This document shows, one piece after another, positions 39,515 to 48,894 of a stretch of 64,000 nucleotides of DNA; the first letter of the stretch is position 1; every line of letters begins with the position of its first letter. The stretch lies in IMG/VR virus record IMGVR_UViG_3300032334_001019, positions 1-64,000 of that record. One strand, given 5' to 3'. A program made the translations under genes and the position numbers. The stretch is from a virus. A model generated the notes under the pieces. That model searched no databases. It worked only from the letters and a program-made list of their open reading frames with translations, and was not told the origin of the DNA.

Positions 39515-39724
39515 ATGCAAATTAAATCATTAGAGCAAATGGAAAAAATTGTTTCAAGCAACAAGTCCTTGCATTGGGATGGATGGACAGTAGTAAATTC
39601 TTATCCTTCTGAAAAGGGCAGAACATCATCACAGGGAGCATTTGTCAGTGGCAAGTGGCACCTACAGCGTCGTTTTGTGCCTTCTCAGTTTGGATGGGAG
39701 ATACCAGATAAGTTTGCAGGTTAA
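39515..39724 (+). CDS. Hypothetical protein
   Basis: 69-aa ORF upstream of whiB. Confidence 0.55.
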   Translation: MQIKSLEQMEKIVSSNKSLHWDGWTVVNSYPSEKGRTSSQGAFVSGKWHLQRRFVPSQFGWEIPDKFAG

Positions 39725-39725
39725 T

Positions 39726-40013
39726 ATGCCTAAACATGAATGGAAAGATGATGCTTTATGTTTAGAGTATGATACGAACTTATTCTTTGATAAGTATGAA
39801 GAAGATGAACTTCTTCGTCCAGCCATAGATAAACTTTGCTCTAGTTGCTCAGTTGCAAAGATGTGCTTTGCTGTTGGAGTTTCTCAAAAAGAGTGGGGTA
39901 TCTGGGGTGGAGTATATTTAGAAAATGGACAGATATCTAAAGAATTTTCAAAGCATAAGGCTAAGTCTGATTGGGCTAATACTTGGCAATACTTAACTAT
40001 GGAGTCTGAATAG
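39726..40013 (+). CDS. whiB: WhiB-family Fe-S transcription factor
   Basis: W...ALC, 'LFF', CxxCxxxxxC, 'GIWGG'. Confidence 0.9.
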   Translation: MPKHEWKDDALCLEYDTNLFFDKYEEDELLRPAIDKLCSSCSVAKMCFAVGVSQKEWGIWGGVYLENGQISKEFSKHKAKSDWANTWQYLTMESE

Positions 40014-40970
40014 ATGTTGGCGCTTGGTGAAGAAAATAAATTTCTTGTTTATGATGGTGTTTATAAAATATCATATAATCGTGGATATTCTTCGCCACCA
40101 ATAATAGAGCAAGCAGTCTCTAGTGATACTGGATATGTGTTTGATAAAGATGAGCCAAAGTGTGTTGTTAGGTTGTCTCAAAGATACTATCACACATTTA
40201 TGCAGACGCTTGGAATAATACTGCAAGAATTTAACAAAAATAAAGATACTCATTTTTTTATAATAATAGAAAGTCCTTCTCATTTGTTATTAGAAAATCA
40301 TATTTTATTTTTTATAAATACTCTAAAAAGTCAGGATATAAAGTATACCTTGTTAGATCTTGGACATTATAAACTTCAAGGTCATAGTTTTTTAATAAAA
40401 GATTTTTATTATTATGATTATCCTCAACTAACAGATACATTTGTAACTAATTTATACAATGTTTCCAAAAAATATCACTTTGAAGGTGAGCCTTTTAGAA
40501 AAGTTTATTGTAGTAGAAAAAAAACAAAATATCAAACTGGATCAGCAATTTATGGGAACAGGGATCCAAAAACTTTGCCAATAAAGGATGATTCAGAAAG
40601 GCTTTCTGGTGAGTTAGAACTTGAAAACTATTTATTATCTAAAGGTTTTGAAGTTATTTGCCCAGAAGATTTTGACAATTTTGAAGATCAAATAAGATAC
40701 TTTAGTTCAATAAAAACTTTGGTATCTCCAACTGGTGCAGGACTAACAAGCATGTGTTTTATGAAAGAAGGATCACAGTTGGTCGAACTCACTATACCAA
40801 TGTTAGTTCAGGGAAGTATATCTCTTCATAATCACTATTCGTCAATGGCCTGGGCTAAAAAGTTAGTATATTTTTCCATACCCTCAATGAGGTCTGCCAA
40901 AGAAGTAATTGATACAATTGAAAATAATTCAATACTTTTAAGTTTAATTTCTGAGGGGAGTGAGCAATGA
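40014..40970 (+). CDS. Glycosyltransferase family 61-like
   Basis: 'YYH', 'KVYCSR', 'EDQIRYFS', 'SPTGAGLT'. Confidence 0.75.
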   Translation: MLALGEENKFLVYDGVYKISYNRGYSSPPIIEQAVSSDTGYVFDKDEPKCVVRLSQRYYHTFMQTLGIILQEFNKNKDTHFFIIIESPSHLLLENHILFFINTLKSQDIKYTLLDLGHYKLQGHSFLIKDFYYYDYPQLTDTFVTNLYNVSKKYHFEGEPFRKVYCSRKKTKYQTGSAIYGNRDPKTLPIKDDSERLSGELELENYLLSKGFEVICPEDFDNFEDQIRYFSSIKTLVSPTGAGLTSMCFMKEGSQLVELTIPMLVQGSISLHNHYSSMAWAKKLVYFSIPSMRSAKEVIDTIENNSILLSLISEGSEQ

Positions 40971-41914
40971 GATACCATGACACATACCAAGATATATTAT
41001 TTTATAAAGATGAAATGATATTTAATGGCCAGCCACCGAATCAATACAAACTTGAGTTGTTAGAGTTTAAGGATTACGATGGTCCAGTTAATTCATCATT
41101 TTTAGAAGATGAACAAAAGTTTTTTATTCATTTACACCCTACATTTTTTCATTTACTGTTAGAGGATTTTGGATCTATTTTATCAATGATGAGAAAATAT
41201 CCAGGAAGACACTTTGTTTTATCTGTTTCTGATATGCTGATGTCTAGTGAATCCTTAAAAGGAATGTTGGATTTGTTATTAGAAGTGCTTACGGAGAACC
41301 AAGTAAAATACTCAGTTATATCGACCACACATCAAGGTCCGATAAGGATTAATCTTTTTTATTATCACCCTTCAAGGTTTATGGACAAAGAAGGCGTTGA
41401 TGCAATCTATGGTGTTTTTAGCAAAAAATTTAACACTGTATCAATTCCTGCAGAGAAAAAGGTATACCTAAGTCGATCTAAGGTTATGGAAAAAAATCCA
41501 GAGGGTCTTTTTAAGGGACAACCTTTAGATAAGTTTTCCTTTACAGATGATATAAGATTATATAATGAACACTTGCTTGTAGATTTCTTTTCTTCTTGTG
41601 GATTTGATATTGTTGTGCCAGAAGATTTTGAAACATTTGAGGAGCAAATTAAGTTTTTCAGTTCAGTAAAAACTTTGGTATCTACAACGGGGGCTGGTCT
41701 TTCAAATATGGTATTTATGAAGCCAGGAACAACTGTGATTGAATTAACAACATCTCTTATAGCCGCTGGAAGAGAAGATGTTCATACACACTATCAAAGT
41801 CTTGCGTATGCAATGGATCAAACATACATCTCTTTACCAGTAATGAGAAATTCTTACAAAGCATTGGAGATTATTAAAAAATCAGAAGGGCTTATGAAGA
41901 TAGTAAATGAGTAA
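40967..41914 (+). CDS. Glycosyltransferase family 61-like
   Basis: 'FFH', 'KVYLSR', 'EEQIKFFS', 'GAGLSNMVFMKPGT.VIEL'. Confidence 0.78.
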   Translation: MRYHDTYQDILFYKDEMIFNGQPPNQYKLELLEFKDYDGPVNSSFLEDEQKFFIHLHPTFFHLLLEDFGSILSMMRKYPGRHFVLSVSDMLMSSESLKGMLDLLLEVLTENQVKYSVISTTHQGPIRINLFYYHPSRFMDKEGVDAIYGVFSKKFNTVSIPAEKKVYLSRSKVMEKNPEGLFKGQPLDKFSFTDDIRLYNEHLLVDFFSSCGFDIVVPEDFETFEEQIKFFSSVKTLVSTTGAGLSNMVFMKPGTTVIELTTSLIAAGREDVHTHYQSLAYAMDQTYISLPVMRNSYKALEIIKKSEGLMKIVNE

Positions 41915-43271
41915 ATTAATTGTTTTTGATTTAGATGGAGTACTTGTAGATAGCAAGACAATACATTTTGATTCACTAAATAATGCCCTTGCTGCTTTGG
42001 ATGAAAAGTATATTATTACACCAGAGGAGCAAACAAGTACGTACGAAGGCTTGCCAACAAAATCAAAATTATTATTACTTGCAAAAAATAAAGGGCTTCC
42101 AGAAAGTTGCTTTGATAGTATTTGGAACATGAAACAAGAAATAACAAGCATGATGTTTTCTAATATTGGAGAAGATAAAGAATTAATTGATCTTCTTAAA
42201 ATTATTAAAACCAATAATATTAATATAGCGGTAGCAAGTAATAGTATTAAAAAGACAATACTTGAATGCTTAGAAGGACTAGGTATTATAGATTTAATAG
42301 ACCATGTTGTAAGCAATGAGGATGTAAAAAATCCTAAACCTCATCCAGAGATGTATTGGAAGGCCATGTCATACTTTGGAGTGATTGCAGATGAGACTGT
42401 TATTTTTGAAGATAGCATAGTTGGAAGAATAGCAGCAATAGATAGCAATGCTACCCTTATTAAAGTTAAAGATAGAGCAGACCTAACCATGGATAAAGTT
42501 CAAAAGGCTGTTACCATGTTACTAAGTAACAAGGGGTCTTGGAAGGAGTCTAACTTGAATGTTTTAATACCCATGGCAGGGGCTGGAAGCCGTTTTGCAG
42601 AGGCTGGATACTCTTTCCCTAAGCCACTTATAGATGTCAATGATAAACCGATGATACAGGCTGTTGTGGACAATTTAGCAATTGATGCTACATATACATA
42701 TATTGTGCAAAAATCTCATTTTGAAAAATATAATCTTGGGTATCTTCTAAATGCAATTACTCCTAATTGCAATATTGTGCAGGTAGATGGAGTAACAGAG
42801 GGCGCAGCGGTAACATGCCTACTGGCTAAAGAATTTATCAATACAGAAGATCCTCTTGTAATGGCAAACTCTGACCAGATAGTTGATTGGAATAGCAGAG
42901 AGTTCTTATATGAAATGCATAGTAAGAACGCTGATGGTGGTATTGCTACCTTTAAATCTACCCACCCAAAATGGTCATATGCTAAAGTAAATGAATTAGG
43001 ATTAGTAACTGAGGTTGCTGAAAAGAAACCAATTAGCGATGATGCAACTGTTGGTATTTATTATTGGAAGCATGGTTCAGATTTTGTAAAGTATGCAGAG
43101 CAGATGATTAATAAAGATATTAGGGTTAATGGTGAGTTTTATACATGCCCTGTTTTTAATGAGGCTATTCAAGATGATAAAAGAATTTATACAGCAACAG
43201 TTAAAAAAATGTGGGGAATAGGAACTCCAGAAGATTTAAACAACTACTTATACAGGAGCAATAATGATTAA
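41907..43271 (+). CDS. HAD phosphatase fused to sugar nucleotidyltransferase
   Basis: 'FDLDGVLVDS', 'KPHPE', 'EDS'; 'IPMAGAGSRF...PKPLI', 'EKK'. Confidence 0.88.
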   Translation: MSKLIVFDLDGVLVDSKTIHFDSLNNALAALDEKYIITPEEQTSTYEGLPTKSKLLLLAKNKGLPESCFDSIWNMKQEITSMMFSNIGEDKELIDLLKIIKTNNINIAVASNSIKKTILECLEGLGIIDLIDHVVSNEDVKNPKPHPEMYWKAMSYFGVIADETVIFEDSIVGRIAAIDSNATLIKVKDRADLTMDKVQKAVTMLLSNKGSWKESNLNVLIPMAGAGSRFAEAGYSFPKPLIDVNDKPMIQAVVDNLAIDATYTYIVQKSHFEKYNLGYLLNAITPNCNIVQVDGVTEGAAVTCLLAKEFINTEDPLVMANSDQIVDWNSREFLYEMHSKNADGGIATFKSTHPKWSYAKVNELGLVTEVAEKKPISDDATVGIYYWKHGSDFVKYAEQMINKDIRVNGEFYTCPVFNEAIQDDKRIYTATVKKMWGIGTPEDLNNYLYRSNND

Positions 43272-43698
43272 GATAGCACATAGAGGAAATATTAATGGTC
43301 CAAAACCAGAATTAGAAAATAATCCAGACTACTTATATGATGCAATTAATGCTGGTTTTGATGTAGAAGTAGATATATGGTCTGTAGATGGAATTTTGTA
43401 TCTTGGTCATGACACACCTCATTACAAGGTTGATGATTCTTTTGTAATTTCTATTTTGCCATATGCTTGGTTTCATTGTAAGAATCTAGAAGTATTAGAT
43501 AGATTTATAAGTATTAAGCCAATCATTAGGTTTTTTTGGCACCAAGAAGATGATTACACACTTACTAGTAATGGTTTTATATGGACTTATCCTGGTAAAA
43601 ATATAACAAAGAACAGCATCGTAGTACATTTAGAAAAGTTTGATAAAGACAACTTTAATGTTAAGCCATTTGCTATTTGTAGTGATTTTCTGATATAA
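43264..43698 (+). CDS. Glycerophosphodiester phosphodiesterase-like protein
   Basis: 'IAHRGN', 'VEVD', 'LGHD', 'HCKN'. Confidence 0.75.
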   Translation: MIKIAHRGNINGPKPELENNPDYLYDAINAGFDVEVDIWSVDGILYLGHDTPHYKVDDSFVISILPYAWFHCKNLEVLDRFISIKPIIRFFWHQEDDYTLTSNGFIWTYPGKNITKNSIVVHLEKFDKDNFNVKPFAICSDFLI

Positions 43699-43723
43699 TA
43701 GAATATAGAGAAAATAGGTAATT

Positions 43724-43939
43724 ATGTGGTCATGGATTCTTGCTGTAATAGGTGTTTCTGGAATATTCTTAGTTGGTCGTAAAACAATATGGGGATGGTT
43801 AATTCTTTGTGTTAATGAATGTTTATGGATTGCTTATGCCCTTGCAACAAAACAATATGGTTTTATAGCAATGGCTGTTGCCTATGCTGCAGTGTACATT
43901 AAATCATTTATTCATTGGAGGAAAGATGAGAAAATCTAA
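43724..43939 (+). CDS. PnuC-like small membrane protein
   Basis: Three short TM helices, 'GW', 'YG', 'W' pattern. Confidence 0.55.
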   Translation: MWSWILAVIGVSGIFLVGRKTIWGWLILCVNECLWIAYALATKQYGFIAMAVAYAAVYIKSFIHWRKDEKI

Positions 43940-44096
43940 AGAGTTTGACGAACTAGATAAATCAATTACACTAGTTGTAAAAACAAAATGTCCACAAAAG
44001 TGGTTACTTATCGACAGGGAAACTGGTAATGTTTTTGAAGGAAACAGCGACGGAGCATGGGATAGATTAGATCCAGTTAAAAGAGAGCGAATGTAG
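43926..44096 (+). CDS. Hypothetical protein
   Basis: 'KTKCPQKWLLIDRETG' with GGAGG SD. Confidence 0.55.
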   Translation: MRKSKEFDELDKSITLVVKTKCPQKWLLIDRETGNVFEGNSDGAWDRLDPVKRERM

Positions 44097-44332
44097 TGTA
44101 TACTGATAAAATGAAGATGGCATTTCATTCAATAAAGCCACCTAAAAATTTTATACTACAACTTATAGATCACGATAATTTTATAACAGTAAAGGCAAGT
44201 GAAAAACAATTTATGAGATTGTCTGGTGAAGAAAGACGAGAAGCAGTTGAATATATGATTCGTGTAAAAAAAGCACTTGAAGATAACGGAGCAATTGTTT
44301 TATTAGTTAGAGAAGGTGGTAAAGAACTATGA
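44096..44332 (+). CDS. Hypothetical protein
   Basis: Coupled ORF with GTG start. Confidence 0.55.
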   Translation: MYTDKMKMAFHSIKPPKNFILQLIDHDNFITVKASEKQFMRLSGEERREAVEYMIRVKKALEDNGAIVLLVREGGKEL

Positions 44333-44751
44333 TAGAGTTTATATCTTTTGTTTTATTTGTATCACTATTTGCTTTGCTTGTGGCCATGTTTGTTAAATCT
44401 AAAATAAATAATTTTAAGTTAGTGCAAATTAACCTACAACTTGCTATAGAAAAAGCAGAACTATTTAAAAAACTTGAACAATCTTTAAATAAAGAATCAG
44501 ACGTACCAATAACACAAACTGAAGGATTTGTTAACTTTATATCACAGTCTCGTGACTGGGCATTTGACTACATTGAAACAGTTCAGGTTGGTATAGATAA
44601 TTTTGTAAGGGATGCAGGCCCTTCAATTGAGTACTTTGATAAGTATGGGGATGTAATCTGGACCCCACTAACTGAGGGTATGGAAAAGATTTCTGCAGCG
44701 TATAAGGACCTAAAGGTATTGATACCAGAAGACTATGGTAAACTAGACTAA
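44329..44751 (+). CDS. Membrane-anchored hypothetical protein
   Basis: N-terminal TM plus coiled coil. Confidence 0.55.
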   Translation: MIEFISFVLFVSLFALLVAMFVKSKINNFKLVQINLQLAIEKAELFKKLEQSLNKESDVPITQTEGFVNFISQSRDWAFDYIETVQVGIDNFVRDAGPSIEYFDKYGDVIWTPLTEGMEKISAAYKDLKVLIPEDYGKLD

Positions 44752-44915
44752 TGATAAGATTTAAGTCCAGCCAAGATCTAGAGTATGATGCATTTTATTC
44801 ATGCCATGTTCTTGGATGTGAACTTGAAGCAGAAAAAATATATTCTACTGAATCAAAAATTGTAGATGTATGTTCAAACCATTACAAAGAATTATTAGAT
44901 AGGGACTATCAATGA
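44751..44915 (+). CDS. Small Cys/His protein (not in track)
   Basis: MIRFKSS...C.V.GC...VCSNH. Confidence 0.45.
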   Translation: MIRFKSSQDLEYDAFYSCHVLGCELEAEKIYSTESKIVDVCSNHYKELLDRDYQ

Positions 44916-45070
44916 AAGATATAATTTTATCAACACTAACAGGTTTTGGATGTGGCATAGTATTTGCTGCATTCAAATTGCCAGTACCAGCACCACCAGT
45001 TTTTGCGGGAGTCGCAGGAATTATTGGTTTATGGATTGGTTTTACAGTACTAACAAACTTCATATCCTAG
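44912..45070 (+). CDS. XapX/DUF1427 membrane protein (not in track)
   Basis: 'KLPVPAPPVFAGVAGIIGLWIG'. Confidence 0.75.
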   Translation: MKDIILSTLTGFGCGIVFAAFKLPVPAPPVFAGVAGIIGLWIGFTVLTNFIS

Positions 45071-45080
45071 GAGGAAAATT

Positions 45081-45377
45081 ATGAATGAACAAATTAAAGC
45101 AGCACTAGCATCATACGGTAGATCAGTAGTTGGAGCAGTTACAGCAATGTATGCTGCAGGAATTACAGATCCAGAAACTTTGGTGTACTCACTACTTGGT
45201 GCAGTTGTACCAGTAGTATTGAGAGCAGCAAATCCTAATGACAAGGCGTTTGGAAAGATGCCTGCAGTAGAAGATATTGATGTAGCACTAAAGACTGCTA
45301 AGGTAGTTAAGAAGACTGCAAAGAAGGCTCCTGCAAAGAAGTCTTCAGGTGGCGGAGCATCTAATAAGGCTCTATAG
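45081..45377 (+). CDS. Holin-like protein with basic tail
   Basis: 'ASYGRS', two TM, 'R..NP.D..FG'; AGGAGG SD. Confidence 0.6.
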   Translation: MNEQIKAALASYGRSVVGAVTAMYAAGITDPETLVYSLLGAVVPVVLRAANPNDKAFGKMPAVEDIDVALKTAKVVKKTAKKAPAKKSSGGGASNKAL

Positions 45378-45389
45378 TATAAAAGAATT

Positions 45390-45414
45390 AGGGGGCCTTT
45401 CGGCCCCCTTTTTC
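45390..45414. terminator. Intrinsic terminator between convergent genes
   Basis: AGGGGGCC-TTTC-GGCCCCCT plus T-run. Confidence 0.85.
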
Positions 45415-45423
45415 TATTTTAGG

Positions 45424-46080
45424 TTAATTTCTTAAAAAGTATTTAAATTCTGGTTCATATGGAAAGTCTATGCTATCAAGTCTAGCAGTTCTTTCTTCTT
45501 CTGTTATCTCACAACCAAAACAAACCATTGTATATCTTGTATTACCAGCAGTTACCTTGTGTATTTGATGCTGATATGAGTATGCAGATGGGAACAATAG
45601 AAAGTCTCCAGCCTTTGGCTTAATCTTTACTCCAAAATGAACAAACTCTAGTTCTCCGCCTTCATAGTCATCATTAGGATAGTAAACCATAGAAACTGTT
45701 CTAGGTGTTCCATAAGAATCATCTGGATGCATAGAGAAAAACTCATTATGCTCAAACTTTGTAATTCTAAATGCTTCACGAGTAATTGGTGCAATATCCC
45801 ACATCTGACAATATGAGTCTACTATCTCCTCAAAGGCATCAGCAATTTCATCACTCTGATAAATCCATGTCGTGCTTGCCTTCTTGCCAATTTCTTCATC
45901 ATAATAGTCTTCTCTTTGGAACTTACCTTCTGCTTCAAGTCTACGCATTAGGTCCATTCCACCTGGAAATGTATTGTGGTAAATATGAATTCCTGGCGCT
46001 GGTGAGTCAAAATTAAATTCATTTCCTTTACGGCTGCGTGTAATTCCACGGGCCTTGAGTTCTAGTTTTTGCTTGTCCAT
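45424..46080 (-). CDS. Prolyl-4-hydroxylase-like 2OG-Fe(II) oxygenase
   Basis: 'HPD', 'NDDYEGGELEF', 'HQIHKVTAG.TRY'; AAGGAG SD before 46080. Confidence 0.85.
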   Translation of the reverse strand: MDKQKLELKARGITRSRKGNEFNFDSPAPGIHIYHNTFPGGMDLMRRLEAEGKFQREDYYDEEIGKKASTTWIYQSDEIADAFEEIVDSYCQMWDIAPITREAFRITKFEHNEFFSMHPDDSYGTPRTVSMVYYPNDDYEGGELEFVHFGVKIKPKAGDFLLFPSAYSYQHQIHKVTAGNTRYTMVCFGCEITEEERTARLDSIDFPYEPEFKYFLRN

Positions 46081-46130
46081 GCTTCTCCTTAGTGACTTTA
46101 CAAGTATACCATAATCTGGTATAATCATTA

Positions 46131-46182
46131 TACCTGCCCATATGGGGGGTAAATTAACTTATTCGCTTGAAAGGGGAATAAT
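46131..46182 (+). promoter_or_regulatory. ROSE-like RNA thermometer in hsp20 5'UTR
   Basis: Two hairpins; the second (TTATTCGCTT-GAAA-GGGGAATAA) pairs the SD with UCGCU and a bulged G. Confidence 0.65.
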
Positions 46183-46587
46183 ATGGTAAAAACAGCACTG
46201 GATCTTTTTAATGATCCATTTTTTAATACCTTCTCAAATTTTCAGAAGGTAACAACAACAACAAACTATCCACCTTATAACCAGATTAAATTAAATGATA
46301 CAGAGTATATTCTTTCATTTGCTTTGGCTGGTTTTTCTAAGGATGATGTCTCAGTATCGCTAGACAATCGCAAACTTACAATCAGGGGCGAGAAGCAGGA
46401 TGCTGAGTTGCCAGAGGGTGCAGAGTATCTACATAAGGGCATTGCTGCTCGTAAGTTCACGGATATCTTTACCCTTCCTGAGTTTATAGAAGTTGTTGGG
46501 GCTGAATTTAAGGACGGTATCTTAGATATCAGACTTGAAAAGCAGATCCCAGAAGATAAACTACCAAAGACCATTGAAATTAGGTAG
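46183..46587 (+). CDS. Small heat shock protein (Hsp20/IbpA)
   Basis: 'YPPYN', 'ALAGF', 'YLHKGIAARKF', 'FKDGIL'. Confidence 0.93.
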   Translation: MVKTALDLFNDPFFNTFSNFQKVTTTTNYPPYNQIKLNDTEYILSFALAGFSKDDVSVSLDNRKLTIRGEKQDAELPEGAEYLHKGIAARKFTDIFTLPEFIEVVGAEFKDGILDIRLEKQIPEDKLPKTIEIR

Positions 46588-46597
46588 TATAATAAAC

Positions 46598-46704
46598 TAT
46601 TCCGTCATGATACATGCAGTTGCTTTATAAGCGACCTTATTGCTGAGTACGGAGAAACCCTGGATCGCTACCTGGGAAGACCTGAGTAAGTCTGTAAACT
46701 GCTC
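46598..46704 (+). ncRNA. Candidate structured ncRNA ending in a pseudoknot
   Basis: TATAAT at 46588-46593; stems TCCGT/ACGGA and GTTGCT/AGCGAC, CCC-GG/CC-GGG hairpin, terminal H-type pseudoknot; no ORF. Confidence 0.5.
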
Positions 46705-46727
46705 TTTATCATGCTATAATGGTAGTT

Positions 46728-47177
46728 ATGGAAGAATTAATTAATCTACTAAAGGTGCTGCTTGCAGATAATATTACTCTCAAGTTAAAGGCTCATGGCT
46801 ATCACTGGAATGTAGAAGGTGATGATTTTCTTCAGTACCACGAACTTTTTGAAAATATTTATACAGATTATGATGAAGCAACAGATACCTATGCTGAATG
46901 GCTTCGTAAATTAGATACATATGCACCATTTAAACTATCAAGATTTATTCAACTTAATGAAGTTGGAGAACCTGATGTTACTTCAGATCCAATGATGATG
47001 TCTGCAGATCTGCTTATGGCTAATGACATGGTTCTTGCTAAGTTAGTAGATGCTTGCGATATGGCAACATCAAACAAACAACACGCACTTGCAAACTTTT
47101 TTGCAGAGCGTATGGATCAACATCAAAGATGGCACTGGATGTTATCTGTTTCAATTAAAACAGTAGGAGAAGAATAA
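46728..47177 (+). CDS. dps: Dps/ferritin-like protein
   Basis: 'KAHGYHWNVEG..F...HELFE', 'D.YAE..R'. Confidence 0.9.
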   Translation: MEELINLLKVLLADNITLKLKAHGYHWNVEGDDFLQYHELFENIYTDYDEATDTYAEWLRKLDTYAPFKLSRFIQLNEVGEPDVTSDPMMMSADLLMANDMVLAKLVDACDMATSNKQHALANFFAERMDQHQRWHWMLSVSIKTVGEE

Positions 47178-48055
47178 TGCCATATCATGTAGGAGCAAAA
47201 GGTTCAAACGGTTGTTCTGGATATCCAGTAGTAAGTGATGCTGGAAAAGTAGCGGGATGTCATACAACAGAAGCAGAGGCAGTAAATCAAATGCAAGCAT
47301 TATATGCAAATGTGCCAGATGCAAAAAAGGGTGAAGCATCTATTGAAACATCAGGTAATCCTGAGAACCCATCAGAATCAATTAATCCAACTGTTGGAAT
47401 GAGAAAGCCCGCAGTAATGCCAGGTGGAAAGAAAAAGAAAAAGTATCGTGCTGCTAAAGCAATTGATGCTACAACAATCTTAAAAGATATGGTTGCAGAA
47501 GGTGACTTTGTTATTGTTTCGTGTGAAGATGAAACACATGTTGGTATTGTTCAGTATGTAATGACTGAAGGAATGTTTGGAATTGCCACATCTGACTATG
47601 CTATTGAAGCATCAGCAGAAAACCCAGCAGTTCTTGTTCGTACCCTTGAACTTGAAGAAGATGAGGGTATTTGGGAAGAATCAGAATATTTAGTAGGAGC
47701 AGAAGCAAAGATGGTTACTAAGATTGAGCCACTGGCATTAGAAATAGAAGTAGTATCTAATGGTTATCAGGATTGCGGATGTCCTACATGCGAAGCACTT
47801 AATGTAGACTGTGAAAACTGTCCAGTATGTTCTCCAATACCTGCAACTGATTCTGAAGTTGAGATGGCAATGTATGACTCATCTATTGGTAAGGCTGATC
47901 CTTGCTGGGATGGTTATGTACAGCGTGGAATGAAGGAACAGGGTGGAAAAATGGTTCCAAACTGTGTTCCAGTTGAAAAAACAGAGTCAATTTTTGCGGG
48001 ACTTGGTAAAGATTATACAAAATCAACCACAAATACATATAGAGTTGAAGAGTAA
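47177..48055 (+). CDS. Cys-rich acidic hypothetical protein
   Basis: 'CWDGYVQRGMK...VPNCVP' phage motif, Cys clusters. Confidence 0.55.
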   Translation: MPYHVGAKGSNGCSGYPVVSDAGKVAGCHTTEAEAVNQMQALYANVPDAKKGEASIETSGNPENPSESINPTVGMRKPAVMPGGKKKKKYRAAKAIDATTILKDMVAEGDFVIVSCEDETHVGIVQYVMTEGMFGIATSDYAIEASAENPAVLVRTLELEEDEGIWEESEYLVGAEAKMVTKIEPLALEIEVVSNGYQDCGCPTCEALNVDCENCPVCSPIPATDSEVEMAMYDSSIGKADPCWDGYVQRGMKEQGGKMVPNCVPVEKTESIFAGLGKDYTKSTTNTYRVEE

Positions 48056-48070
48056 TTTAGTAATAGTTTT

Positions 48071-48745
48071 ATGAAAAGAGTAGCGCTACTCTATTCTGGA
48101 GAAATAAGAAATATCCTTGATTGCTTTAATAATCATTATGATAATATAATCTTACCAAACAAAGATGAGTATGAGTTTGATATATATTTTCATCTTTGGA
48201 TTACACCATGGGAAACCAATGATCTTCGTACTAGAGTGTTACAAACATTAAGACCATTAGCATATGAGTTTGAACCATACATAGAATTTAAAAATGATAT
48301 TGTACCAGATCCAAGGTTTCCACATCCAGTTCAAAATTTTTACTCAATGTTTTATGGTATGAATAAAGTAAATAAACTAAAAGAAAAAATAGAGCATGAT
48401 CAAAACAAAAAATATGATTTAGTCTTTAGAATGAGAACTGATTTATTTTTTCTTAGATCAATAGGAAAACTAAGCGACTATGATAATACTAGAATTCATA
48501 TACAGGAAGATTGGGCACACCTAGAGTACGGAGTCAATGATCAGTTTGCCTTCGGTCCATCGGAGGATATGTCAAAGTTTATATCTGTCTACGAAAACTT
48601 AGACGAACTATATAAGATGGGCTGTGCCATAAATCCAGAATGCCTGATGGGTTTTAACGCTCAGAATGTACATAACCTTAAAATTGAACGGCATAAGTGG
48701 AAGTTTTGGCTATTTAGACATATCCTATGGAACATAAGTAAGTAG
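48071..48745 (+). CDS. Putative glycosyltransferase-like protein
   Basis: 'VALLYSGEIR', 'YDLVFRMRTD', 'NDQFAFG'. Confidence 0.55.
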   Translation: MKRVALLYSGEIRNILDCFNNHYDNIILPNKDEYEFDIYFHLWITPWETNDLRTRVLQTLRPLAYEFEPYIEFKNDIVPDPRFPHPVQNFYSMFYGMNKVNKLKEKIEHDQNKKYDLVFRMRTDLFFLRSIGKLSDYDNTRIHIQEDWAHLEYGVNDQFAFGPSEDMSKFISVYENLDELYKMGCAINPECLMGFNAQNVHNLKIERHKWKFWLFRHILWNISK

Positions 48746-48894
48746 TGTATAATAGATAAATGCCTAAAAAGAAATCATATGCATTTAATCCAATGCAGAT
48801 AAAAGATGGATGGATTGTAAGACTGTACAAAGACGGACGCATAAAGTCTAAGATAGAAAAATATACGCCAAAGGCTCCTAAAAAGAGTTAGCCC

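Noticed and set aside
46641-46660. CTGAGTA...GAAAC as a hammerhead ribozyme core
   Set aside because: Does not fit CUGANGA, and no stem II lies between the core strands.
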